Source: Vicugna vicugna (taxonomy: Eukaryota). From it: a stretch of DNA of 64,000 nt. The position numbers were made by a program, and so were the translations under genes. Positions 51,110 to 62,745 of this stretch are shown here, in pieces; within the stretch, counting starts at the first letter, position 1, and each line of letters begins with the position of its first letter. The stretch is taken from NCBI GenBank assembly GCA_013265495.1, contig MU058009.1, positions 994,001 through 1,058,000 of the forward strand, in the 5' to 3' direction. The notes below the pieces were generated by a model that was not told the DNA's origin, ran no database searches, and was given only the letters and a program-made list of their open reading frames with translations.

Positions 51110-51610
51110 CCTTGCCCAGGCCCTTGACCTCCCTCCAGGATTAGTTCCTGGCCTCTAGATAGTCTTCCTAGCTCTGGTCTCTCCGCTACTGAATCAATTA
51201 TCTGCACTGCTACTGGGGTGAGCTTCCTTGTAGGAAGCAAATCTGATGGGGCTACCTTTTCTTAAACCATAAGGAAGCCCCTTCACGATCAGCCTCTTTC
51301 CCCTCCCTCATCCTTGAAGTCAGTTCAAGCACCCTTGAGCCACAGGTGCGTGCACAGTAGCTGCCATGAGCAGCTGCTAGAGCACACCATGCTCTCCCAC
51401 TCTCCAGTGCCTTCCCATTTCCCGTTTCATCCCCCTGAAGTACTGTCCTCAGCTTTCAGTCTCTCCCTTGTTAACTCTTACTTATTCTTATATACTCAGG
51501 TCTAGCTTCAGCTTCTCCAGAAAGCTGTCTCTTACTGCCCCAGTCCCAGGGAGACGTCTGTCCTGTGTTCTCATTGCACCTGGCGGGTTTCTCTCTCATA
51601 GACTTATCTC
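51110..51610 (+). mobile_element. L2 LINE fragment (its 3' tip resumes at about 52630-52700)
   Basis: Pyrimidine-rich L2-like body 'ttaactcttacttattc...cttctccagaaagctgtc'; L2 terminus 'gtgctcaacagatgtttgctgga' at about 52680. Confidence 0.6.
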
Positions 51611-51659
51611 ACGCCATCAAATTCATGCCACGAGCCATGGGTGGATATCTAAATTTACA

Positions 51660-51904
51660 GTGTAAACTGGCACAGCTACTATGGAAAACAGTCTGGAGGT
51701 TCCTCGGGAAATTAAAAATAGAACTACCATAGAATCTAGCAATCCCACTTCTGGGTATACATCCAAAGATACAGAATTTTGACCTCAAAGAAATATCTGC
51801 ACTTCCATGTTCACTGCAGCATCACTCACAACAGCCAAGGTTTGGAAACAAGCTAAGTGTAAGTGTCGGTCCACAGATGAGTGGGTAAAGCAGATGAGTG
51901 GTAT

Positions 51905-51948
<44 letters not shown>

Positions 51949-52462
51949 TGGGATATTGTTCGGCCTTATAAAAGAAGAAAATCCTGTCCTTTGCAACACT
52001 ATGGATGAACCTGGACGGTATTATAGTAAGTGATGTAAGCCAGAGAGAGAAAGACAGATACTACATGGTGTCCCTTATATGTGAAATCTTGAAACAAAAA
52101 AAAAAGTCAAATTCACAGAGACAGAGCGTAGAGAAGTGGTTTCCAGGGCTGGGGGTTGGGGAAAATAGGGAGAGGATGGTAAAAAGATCCAAACATTGGG
52201 TTAAAAGATGATTAAGGTCTGAGAATCTAATGTATAACATGGTGCCCAGAGCTGATTATACTGTATGTAGAGCTGAATTTGCTAAGAGAGTAGAACATAA
52301 GTATTCTCACTGAAAAAAGAAAAAAGAAACCCAAATACATGAGGTGGGGGAGCCTGCTCGGTGAGGGGACTCCTTTCACAGGTGCGTTAGTCACATCACG
52401 TTGTGCACCTTAAACACCTCACAATTTTGTTGGTCAATTATATCTAAATAAAGTTGAAAAAA
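51660..52462 (+). mobile_element. L1 (L1MA/L1MB-type) ORF2 end plus 3' UTR, with 10-bp TSD
   Basis: 'ctactatggaaaacagtctggaggttcctc...aaaatagaactacca...agcaatcccacttctgggtata', ending 'caattatatctaaataaag'; TSD taaatttaca at 51650-51659 and 52463-52472. Confidence 0.92.
51904..51947. repeat. (CA)n with (CG)n interruption inside the L1
   Basis: Read directly from the sequence. Confidence 0.95.
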
Positions 52463-55159
52463 TAAATTTACATTAAATAAAGTTAAATAAAAATGCGGTT
52501 TCTCAGTCACACTGGTGCCATTTGAAATGCACAATAGCCTGTGTGGTTAGAGGTCACCGTACGGGACATCAGGATTGCGAAACATTTTACCACTGCAGAA
52601 AGTTCTATCAGACAAGGCTGTCGCCTTCCTCTTTGGCTTGGAACATCTTGGGGTCATGTGTTTGCACAGGGGCAGCAGTGCTCAACAGATGTTTGCTGGA
52701 AAAAATGTTACATTATTAATATCTGAGTTTCGTATCTATTCTATTATTGTGTATAGGCAATTAACATTTTTTTAAATCCAGCAAAACATTTTGGCCAAAG
52801 GGGATTCTGGACAACAAGGTGAAAAGTTAGAGAAGCAAAGAAGGGCAGGGCTCCTGGTATATCCTTGCCTTAAGCCCTGGAAAGAATGAAGGCTCCATCC
52901 TGTCTCGTCACAAGGAGGGAAGGCAGTGGAAATTCAGAGTCTCATTCTGGGAAACTCTCCACTTGACTGTTTTTTTTTCTTTCCTGAGTTGGATATGAGA
53001 AGTGGTAGCAGGTACCAATGTTGCTCATAGAAAAAAGCTATCTCATTTCCCCTACAAATAAAGTCCACCAGGCCACAGGACTTTTGGATTGAAGGCAGTG
53101 CTAATGGTGGCCCAAATGTTTAGTTTTAATGACCGAGGAGAGTAAATGTTCAGTTAAAAGTGGTAAGAGGAGAAATTGGGGTGACTTAAGTTATTCAGTA
53201 GCCACGGACCATGCGATTAGCCAGTTTCGAGGTGTTCCGTTAAGCCCCGGGGCTGCAAGATGATCAGAAGCAATGCCCAGATCTAGAAGGATCAAGTTTA
53301 ATGAGCAAGGCAAATGCATTCTCCTCTCGCAAAACAAGTGAGCCTCTGGGCCCTCAGACCTGTTAATAAAAAAGAGACTGACCCTGAAAAGAAGGAAACG
53401 TGGAAGAATAAAAAGAAGCCGTTTGGGGTCGTTGCGTTTGTTTTGTTTTCTGAATGCAGCTGCACTAGATGGTCTCCTGATTTTGCACACCGCTTGTGAC
53501 AAATATTCAGTGATCCCGTTTTCATCCTTTTAAAAGTTGGCTATGCTTCTGCGTCGTATTGGCTCTCTCAAACCTTCCTCCTAGGTGGCCAGTGGTAATT
53601 AGAGCGGCTTCCAAAGTTTGAGCTAAGCCCAGGAGTAACTCCTACTTTTAAATGACTCCTAATCACTGGCAGATTTAGCTGGATTCATATGATTTAATCA
53701 TTAGCCCTCACTTCCTCTGTTCTTCTTCCTCCACTGACTTTGGATGGGCATTTGCTTAATAAAAAAAATTCATATTTTGTATACAATTCTGCACATAGCC
53801 ATTTGGCAATATGACCAAGCTACTACTTATACCATTTAGTTGAGTTAACGAAGGGACTGCCAATCCTGGAAACTGTTTAGGAATATATATTTTTTAGGAA
53901 TATCTTTAATGAGAGAATTAATTAACAATAACACAAAGGAAAAAAAACAACAAAAAACCCTAAACTCACCATCCCTGCACAACTGTCCTTGTCTGCGTCT
54001 CTGATCTTCCTGTGTCTGTCTGCATGCGTGCACATCTTAACAACGGCAGTTTACATACTACTTTATATGTGGGTTTTTTTTTCTTTCAAGATGACATTTC
54101 ACACATTAAAAAAAAATTCAGTTTTGGAAAGCGATAAAGCTGGTATCACTCCGCAGTAGTCTGAAGAGGCATTTACTGCCTGAGGAATCCCAACAAATCA
54201 TTCCAGACTTCCGTCAGTCTCCAATGACACCATTCAGGAAGAAGTGGAGGTAAGAAATAAAAAATGATGTAACCCTGCGAGGGAAGCAGACAACAGAGTT
54301 GCCAGGTACTGCTGTCTGACAAGACATCTCTAGAGAGGCTAGGATGAAAACCACACAAATTACTGAAAGCAATTTAAGAAATTGGAGACCCTTCAAGTGT
54401 GGGGAAGAAAGATGTAAAGGATAGTGTGGTTGGAGGAATCTGGTCTTTTTCTCACGCATCTATGGTAAAGGTGGTTCGCTAAGTGAGCTTGTCTATTTGC
54501 AAAGGAGTGCCTTCTTGATCTGGGAAAGAAAGGACGTGCCAGCGACACTGCGTCAGAGGGGAGCGTGCAGATTTTTGCCCTGTATAGCTGAAGGCTTTTG
54601 TGGCAGAGCCCTCCTATCTCTGCTTTAATCAGACATTGTCCTTGTCTTGACCTTGCAGAAAAGAGTCTTTATACTGTCTGCAACTGTCTAAGCCATGCAG
54701 CTTCTGAAATCCTGTGTCTCTGAAAGGACACTGCCTCCTGGCACAGTAACAGAGCAAACGCACATGCATCTCCCCATCAGTTCAAGAGGTACAAAGAAGA
54801 TACAGACCCCACTTTTTTCCTACTCTTCTGCCATGCTGGTCTTTATTTGTTTTCTTAGGCTGTGACTCTTGGGAAGAGAAAGGTCTAGGTTTATCACACA
54901 GCTGGTAGCTGGAGGGAAGGCACTGGGGATTTAACTCACTTTTTGCCTTGGTAACTTACGACTCAGTAAAAAAAGCTCAATTTTTGCTCTTCCAGTTGGT
55001 GGGCTGGGGTGAGAGAGGAGAAACGAAAAGAGTGAGCCCTTTTCTTGATGCCTTGCATGTCCCTGGCGTATCTGATTTGTGTATCAAAGGGTGTTGTCAT
55101 GTTGGTAAAAATCATCACCAGCCTGAATTTTCAGAAAGACCCTGAGGATGGTTTTCTCA

Positions 55160-55620
55160 TAATTCCAGGCTCCTGGGTTATGCTACGTTCTCTCTGTGTC
55201 TCCTTGACATTTCCGGTCTTGGTTTCCTTTCTTACAATAAGAGGGATGGACTTTATAGATGTCATCTAGGTTCTTCCAGCTCTAAGGCTTTGCAGTTCTG
55301 TGGTTTATTTATGGTTGACCCCACACAGGGAGGATGATGGCATAGGTAGAAACTAATAAGAAAAGGGGGAAGGAGGTAAAATTTATCAAGGGCTTACAGT
55401 GTGCTGAGCACTAGCTTGAACACTGCATCTATGTGCTAGCCTTTCATCCCTAGCCACGGGGTAAAAAAGTCCTACTTCCAATATAAGATGGAGAAATGGA
55501 TCAGAGGTGAATAACCGTCCAGCATCCTCGAGTCAGCATGCTGCAGAGTCAGAAAAGGAGCACCACTTTCTTTGATTCCCACGTCCAATCCCTTTCTAAT
55601 TCTGCTTTGTTCCCTCCATG
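55160..55620. mobile_element. MIR/MIR3 fragments (sense then antisense)
   Basis: 'gtttcctttcttacaataagagggatggac...ttccagctctaag'; 'atataagatggagaaatggatcagaggtg'. Confidence 0.55.
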
Positions 55621-55879
55621 CTGCCCGCGCCCACGCACGTCTCCTCGCAGGCAGACCCTCTGATCTGAGGGTGTCGGAGGAGGTCACAGAGAGGACTTGC
55701 CCATGACTGACCCACGAGCTGAACCGGAACATGAACCTCCCCTGTCCTTGGAGCATATGCTCTGCTCACCGTTCCCACAGTGGGGGCCCGTTCAAGGACG
55801 CAGCCTCGAGACAGCAAGGTGTTGTGAGACCATCTGGACGGTATATGTGACAGAACCCAGTTAAGGTCTCCATACACAC

Positions 55880-56229
55880 TTTTTTTTGGTATATATATGT
55901 GTGTATATATATTTATTTATTTACTTATTGAAGTCTAGTCAGTTCACAATGTTGTGTCAATTTCCGGTGTGCAGCACAGTGCTTCAGTCATACATGAACA
56001 TACATTTGTTTGTGTTCGTATTCTTTTCACCATAAGTTAATACAAGATACTGAACATAGTTCCCTGTACTATACAGTATGAACTTGTTTATCTATTTTAT
56101 GTATATTAATGAGCAAATCTCAAACTCCCAGCTTATCCCTTCCCACCTCCCTCCCTACCCCGCCCCGCCCCGCCCTGGTAACCCTAACTTTGTCTTCTGT
56201 GTCTGCCAGTCTGTTTCTGTTTTGCAAAT
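55880..56229 (-). mobile_element. Young 5'-truncated L1 3'-UTR insertion, same family as 30101-30388
   Basis: T/TA-rich tail; 'attgaagtctagtcagttcacaatg...tacaagatactgaacatagttccctgtactatacag...caaatctcaaactccc'; probable TSD acactttt on both sides. Confidence 0.85.
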
Positions 56230-57702
56230 ACACTTTTAAGACCCTAGCACAGGAGTATGGAGAGCTACTCACCCTGCGGCCTCCCAGACAAGTCTCATGT
56301 TAAGTTCCCTTCCTCATTAGAGCTGCCACCCACCCACCTGGAGGAGCCGCCTCTTTCTGCAGTCTCTCCTCACTCTCTCCTGGCTCTCTCCCTGTATGGG
56401 GGCCGGTTTCAGGTTCCGTCCCTGGAAGCTCCCAGGGTTGAGAACCAACAGAGGGAGAAGGGCAGCGAGCAGAAGAGCAGTGGGAATGAGTCTTGGAATC
56501 AATATCTAATTTGGAGAGAGACCCGAGGAACAACTGTGGGAGATCTTTGTGTTTTATTTTTATTAAATGAAAAGTATAAAAGCAACATTAAAGGTACCGT
56601 AAACAGTGAGAATGGCATAACCCCACCATCTGAAAGCAGCTTTTTAAATTATTGTGTGTTTTACACATACAGGGCCGCATCATAACTTCACAGTTACAGT
56701 CTACATGTTGCTTTTGCTCTGCTGTTTTAAAAATTAATGTTATTTCATAAACATTTTGGGGGGCGCCTTAGCTGTCTCACTTGGTCATGTTCCACCTCTG
56801 ATCGCCTCTGCTGAGCACATGCAGGACTCATGGCAACAAATCAAATGACTCAAGACCGAATGACTGTTTCTAATAAATCTCTGTTTGGAATATGTCAAAA
56901 ACTGCACATACTGATTGCATAGAAACAAAAACATATTAATTCTAAGGAAATTAAGACAGTCAGGGTCTCAGTTTCTCTCTATATACATTGGTATCTATTC
57001 TTTTTTCTTTTCAAACAAGGCATTTACGGTTGGTTCACTTTGCAAACACGTGCACCTTTGAGTCATTGATCACACATGTTAGGATAATGTCACATCTAAA
57101 TTTCATTAACTTGATAAGAAATCTATACATATTTTAGCTCTGTTTGCCATATATAACAGTACATTATATAATCATACACATTTGGAAAGCAAAGGCTCCA
57201 GTTATTCAAATTCTGATTAGAAGAAATAACTGGTGAATTATACAGGAGGGATAGTCGGGCACCACCGTTCACTGTTACAAGTTTGCCATATTAATTTGGT
57301 GGCAGTATTTTGCACAGGATGAGAGAGATAAACATCACGTGCAGACCACTTTAATGTGTCCCGTTGCCCTGACTGACCTCAGCCTGCAAGATAATCAGTT
57401 CCAAAAAGCTTATAATCTGAGGGCTCTTTTATGTATCCCCGGAGAATTAGCAGCACGAAGTTTTCTAGGTGGCAGCAAGGTTGTATTCCACAGCTGCCCG
57501 TAGGTTTACAGCCAGCGTGAGCCACCCCCAGACACCCAGCAAATTCAGGTGCTTGGAGTTTTTCCCCTTGTCCTTGTTGACTTTCATCGCTTGTGTTTAT
57601 AACTGCTATTTACTACAGACTGAATATGTTTGGATTATTGTTCTGTTACAATCTTTCTAACTATGTTTCCCTGCAGCCATGCAGTCTGCAGTCTTCCACT
57701 GT

Positions 57703-57985
57703 ATGGCATTTCACTTAGCATAATGCCCTCAAGATCCATCCATATTTTTGCAAATGGCAGGATTTCCTTTGTTTTATGGCTAGTTTTCCAGTGTGTGTGT
57801 GTGTGTGTGTGTGTGTGTAACTCACATTTTCTTTTTCCATTCATTCACTGATGGACATAGGTTGTTTCCACGTCTTGACTGCTGCAAAGAATGCTGCAAT
57901 GAACATGGGGGTGTCGTTGTCTCTTCTGGAGAGTGATTTTATTTCCTTCAGATGTATATACTCAGAAACGGAGTTGCTGGGTCAC
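57703..57985 (-). mobile_element. L1 fragment, antisense, with internal (GT)n at 57791-57818
   Basis: 'atttcacttagcataatgccctcaagatccatccat...ggacataggttgtttcc...gaatgctgcaatgaacatggg...gttgctgggtca'. Confidence 0.9.
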
Positions 57986-58182
57986 AGTTGCTAAGGTAGT
58001 AGATCTTAAAAGTTCTCATCACGAGAAAAAAGTTGTAACTAGGTGAATTGATGGATGTTAACTAGACTTATCATGGTAATCATGTCACAACATGTGCCTC
58101 TGTCAAATCTTTATGTCGTGTTCCTTAAATTCATGTTTAATATTGTGTGTCAATTGCGTCTCAATAAAACTGGAAAAAAGAG
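57986..58182 (+). mobile_element. L1 3' terminus, sense
   Basis: 'gttgctaaggtagtagatcttaaaagttctcatcac...gatgttaactagact...gtcaattgcgtctcaataaaactggaaaaaa'. Confidence 0.85.
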
Positions 58183-58329
58183 AAATACTTGAAAGGAAAC
58201 AGAACGGTAGAGTGTCTGGGAATGCTCTGTCTTATTAACGTTTCTGATTTCTTCCATGTATCTGATGCTCTTTGGCCTGTGAAACGCTCTAACTCACATT
58301 GTTTATTTAATCATGTTAATGTTGTGATG

Positions 58330-58470
58330 GACACATGGATACTTTTATTCTCCTTTCCTGTAGATGAGGAAACCGAGGTCCGGCAGGGCTGCAAGATTTG
58401 CCCAAGGTCACACAGAAGGGAAAGAGCAGGGGCGGGGCTGAAGTCCAGGCCTCTGGCTGCACCTTGCAGC
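58330..58470 (-). mobile_element. MIR SINE
   Basis: 'gtagatgaggaaaccgaggtcc...tttgcccaaggtcacacag...gaagtccaggcctctggct'. Confidence 0.85.
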
Positions 58471-59414
58471 CCTGTCCTGTTAAACTAGGAAAAGCTGCTG
58501 ATCACACTATACTTTCACCTTGTTTGTGCTTTGGAATTTTAACATTTTGTAATCTCTGTTTATATTTACATTAATTTATAAAATTCTCTATTTTAGTGTA
58601 AGTCAGTAATGAACTTGAGCAGGTAAGGTGACACCCATGTCCTTGGTTGGCTACACACAGTACCTATGACACTAAAAGGAAATAATCCGTAGGAAAATAT
58701 TTTGTAAGTACTGACTCCTATTGTGACTAATACTCAATTTTAACATATGGTACAATCAGAAATCATTTGACCATTAGACTAAAAGCATAATTTGAGGCAA
58801 AAAAGGAGGAAGAAAGAAAGAATATCATTACCTATTTTCCATTAGTTATATTTGGGCTTGAAATAGGAAGCATGTGAGAGACCATTGGTTAGCAGATGAG
58901 ACTAAAGGGGTGCTGAAGAGTCACCGGGGTCAGGAGTAGGGTCAATGGAATCGTCATTGCCATCACCAAAGCAGCCTCTGCAGCTGGCACGTGGGCACTG
59001 ACGTGACCTTCAGGGGGAGTCCTTCTTGCAGGAGAACAGGGCCCTGCCCTCTCTTCTGATGGGTCCTTATGTATTTAAGGCCTTCCGGTGACAATGCACC
59101 TGGTCTGGAAACACACAGTTCGTCATGCGTAAAGGACTCACGCGGTCCCGCGGCAGTAAGTACCGATCTCACAGGTCACAGAGGGTCGGCAGAGGAAGGG
59201 AGGGCGATTCAACCTCCTCGTTTCATAGGTCAGCTGACCGAAAATTAAAGAAGTCATTGACTCAGCAGGAGCTGCTCAGTTAGGTAAGGAAAGATCTGGG
59301 GCTGAAGTTCAGGACTCTGCCCGCTATTCTTCACTCTCCTCCTTGCTCAGAGGTGAGCGTTAGGTGCAAGTTGTGTGTCACCCATTGCTTTCTTGGGCTG
59401 GGAGTTAAATGCAA

Positions 59415-60030
59415 CACACTCATTTACTGAGGCTGCACATTTTACCAAGCACCGTGCGAGGCACAAAGACGTGAGACACAGCATCCACACTTAAAAAGCC
59501 TACAAATCTAAGGGAGAAACAGATCAGACTCCACTTGATGCCTGCAGTTTCCAGTCTGTTGGAATTTCTCCAACGGTGATTTCAGCTCCCAGCCGTACTC
59601 CATTACTTGATATTCAGGTTACTCCCTGGTCTGTCCCAAACTACCATTTTATTTTGTCTTTTCAGTTTCCTTTTTACATCCCCTTCCTGTTGGTACCACC
59701 ACCACATTGCTTATGATGCATTTTCTATCACACACCTCTCTCTCGCTCTCATTTCATGACAAGTCTGTTCCTCCATGAGTCTTCCATGCTTTCCACACAC
59801 CTAGCTATTTTTCCTTCCACTGAACGCACACAATATCCTGTCTATATCATGTTTATGTCATCTATAACTTTTTATATTTTTATTATACTTATACGTGTAC
59901 ACATCATATCCTTCACTAAGCTTCAGGTCCTTAGGGCAAAGATCTAAATTTGATTTACCCCTATATCTTTATGGTACCTAGAAGAGTCATCACGCAATGT
60001 CTCAACAAGAAATCATATAAATGAATCCAG
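59415..60030. mobile_element. L2 fragments (antisense then sense)
   Basis: 'catttactgagg...aagcaccgtgcgagg'; 'cactaagcttcaggtccttagggcaaagatc...gtacctag...aaatgaat'. Confidence 0.5.
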
Positions 60031-60919
60031 AGATTGTATAATTTATTTAATTCAATTCAACACTCATGGGCTGCATATTTACTCTAAGCCTGCTGTGGTG
60101 AGTAAATATTAGTTTCTTATTGATCATTAAACAGATTCAACCTTGAGCATGTGGGTGTGACTTTCCTTTTGACTTTACTTATGGGCTAAATCTCCAGGGA
60201 ACTCTGAGGGGGCTCTGGGGACATGTGGGAGCAGTGGCATCTCCATCAAGCAGATCGCTGAGATTTGTTTTAAGGTTGGAACTTAGAATTCTGGGCACCA
60301 GAAGACACCTCTTTCCTTCTCAAGCTAGATCTGCAGGGAAACATAAATGAACTTTGTTTTTTCTTGACTCCTCGAAGTCATCAGCTCCAGCTCAATCTTT
60401 TGGGTAGTTGTGTTGGTAGAGAAGCGGTATTTTCCTGTGTGTCCTTGTGTACCTGGCTCATGCCGAGTTCGCAGGTTTGAAGAGGAAGTTACTTGGCCAA
60501 CTCGCTTCTTCCTTCGTAGTGAAGCATTTTCTCAAGGCTCGGTTTCTGTGTTTACAGCCTTTCTGTGCTGCTATTGAAGCCACTTTTTAATAGAGTTTCA
60601 ACTAATTGCTTTACTGTCTCTCTTCCATGTCTAACGGCATTTACACGCGACCCCATTAATTAACACCCACGCTGCTTGGTGTTTACAATGACGATCTCCA
60701 GTTCCGCAGAACAAAACTGGGAAGCACCTTCAAAAGGTAAGTTAGGACTCTTCTTTATAGCACAGCAGAGCAGGGCTCTGGCCGGTCGTTTACTTTCTTC
60801 ACCGTTCTTTATCTGAATGTGTATGAGCGCCAAACCAACCATGTCCCATCAGGCTTCATAATAAAGTCAGCCCCTGGTTATATCTATGCGCTAATTGTAG
60901 AAACTAACACTGGCCGTTC

Positions 60920-61095
60920 CTTTTACGTTTCACAAAGGTCTCGCACATTTATTAACTCACTTGCTTCACACAACTGCACATGAAGAAGGTATTATCACTA
61001 CATTTTGGATGGGGAAACCGAGGTTCAGAACAGTTGAATGGCCTCCTCTGGTTCATATCACCTGGGAAATATAGAGCCAGAATCTAAGCCCAGAT
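60920..61095 (-). mobile_element. MIR SINE
   Basis: 'cacaactgc...ggtattatcactacattttggatggggaaaccgaggttcagaacagttgaat...agagccag'. Confidence 0.75.
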
Positions 61096-61199
61096 TTTTT
61101 TTTTTTTAAATCCAGAAGCCCTGTTTTTCTTTTCTCTCTATGGCTCTGCATTCTGAAAGTAGGCTATGCATAGCAGCACTGCCACTGCACATCCAGTAA

Positions 61200-62745
61200 G
61201 ACCTAAAACCTACCAACAAACAGAGCCCGCAAGCCGACCCTGGTATGCGTGTTCACGGTGAGTACGCGACGGAGGAAGAAACACAAATCAAAGATGAAAG
61301 GGTCAATTATTCAATAAATGGTGCTGGGAAAATAGGCTAAGTTTATGAGAAAAAAAGAAATCAATTTAGGTCTTCCAATAAAACCAAACACCAAAATGAA
61401 ATCTAGATGAATTAAAGACCACCATTAAAAAAGAAATAAATTGGAAGAAATTATAAATGAATGATTGCCCAATCTTTGATAAAGCAACATTTCCATACTT
61501 AAGACTAATGAGAGAGATCTCAAAGGAAGCAATCAATATACTTGACTAGATAAATTTTTAAAGTTCTTTATGTCAAAACCATAAACAGTAAGTAATAAAA
61601 AGGAGAAAACACTTGGAATATGTATGGCCAAAAAGGCTTAAGACCTTTCAAATTTGAAAAGCCCATTTTAATCAATGAGAAATAATTAAAAAAACAGTGA
61701 AGAAGAGAGAATAAAGGAGGAACCTAAATAGGTGAAAATGTGTAAGTATTAATCAAAATATGAAGTGAAGGAAAAAGGCACTTTTAAAAATCAGGTTTAC
61801 AAGGTTTGTAAAGGTCTGGTGAGAGAAAGAAAGCGTTTTCATTCACATACACATACATAAATTAATATAGACCTTTAAGAATATGATTGAACTTTACAAA
61901 GAATAGGAAAAATATTCGCATCTTTTAACCTAATAATGTTGCTTTTAGCAATTCATTCCCAAGGTAATTAAATGTGAACAAAGATATACACATAAAGTAT
62001 CAATTACAAACTTATTTGTAAGAAAACGCATTGACAGTGTCATAGTCCTGCCTGTCGGAGTCCTAATTCTCATCGTCAAGAGCAGGCTCTTGCACTGGGT
62101 GGAAGCTTCAAAAAATTAGTTGAGTGGTGGAATTGATGATGGGGTGCAACCTAATATATAATAGTGGAGGAATAATTAGGTACATTATAGTATATCCGGA
62201 TAATTAAATATAATCATTAAAATCAACATTTTGAAGAATTCTAAATGGGAAAAAAACTATCAATGTAACATTTTTAAGAAACAAGCTATGAATGATACTT
62301 CAAGTACTACAATATATGTACCTATATTGCAAATATATACAGACATATAATCAGAGAGAAATCTGTTTCCTGGAGTTGGAATTATGGAGAATTATCATTT
62401 CTTGATAGTACTGTATTTAAGTTTTCACAAAAAGCTTTTACAACATTAAATTAAAAAAAAAAACCAGACAGAATAATCTGAAAAGATTCATGCTAAAAAG
62501 TGAATAGTGATTATCTCTAGATGGTAAGATGTTTTTACTTCTTGTCAATTTTCTATTGTAAGCCTGTATTTTTTAATTTTTTTTTTTTTTAGTTTTTTTG
62601 AGAGGTGGATATTTGGTTTACTGTTAATTTAGACTTAGAGGAGGTGCTGGGGATTGAACGCAGGACCTCGTGCATGCTAAGCATGTGCCCTACCCTAAAC
62701 TATCCCCTCTCCCATGCCTGTGTTATTTTTAATCAGAAAAGATGT
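61200..62745 (+). mobile_element. Ancient L1 (L1M/L1ME-type) ORF2 end and 3' UTR, interrupted by a SINE
   Basis: 'attattcaataaatggtgctgggaaaa', 'caccaaaatgaaatctagatgaattaaagac', 3' tip 'atagtgattatctct...ttttaatcagaaaa'. Confidence 0.75.
62571..62713 (-). mobile_element. Camelid tRNA-derived SINE (Vic-1-like)
   Basis: Reverse complement reads 'gggagaggggatagtttag...gcttagcatgcacgaggtcctgcgttcaatccccagcacctcc' plus an A-rich tail; B-box-like GTTCAATCCC; flanks gcctgt(a/g)tt as probable TSD. Confidence 0.85.

Larger units (their letters stand above)
51620..52620 (-). mobile_element. MER3 (hAT-Charlie) split by an L1 insertion
   Basis: Left part 'gccacgagccatgggtggatatctaaattta'; right part 'tctcagtcacactgg...aatagcctgtgtggttag...cagaaagttctatcagacaaggctg'. 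Confidence 0.8.

Noticed and set aside
53191..53360. Minus-strand acceptor 'tttttattaacag|GTC' followed by an open frame to a stop
   Set aside because: No convincing donor or recognisable peptide; indistinguishable from a chance acceptor without expression data.
62640..62713. tRNA-like sequence
   Set aside because: It is the head of a SINE with an A-rich tail and probable TSD; the A-box is degenerate and there is no complete cloverleaf.
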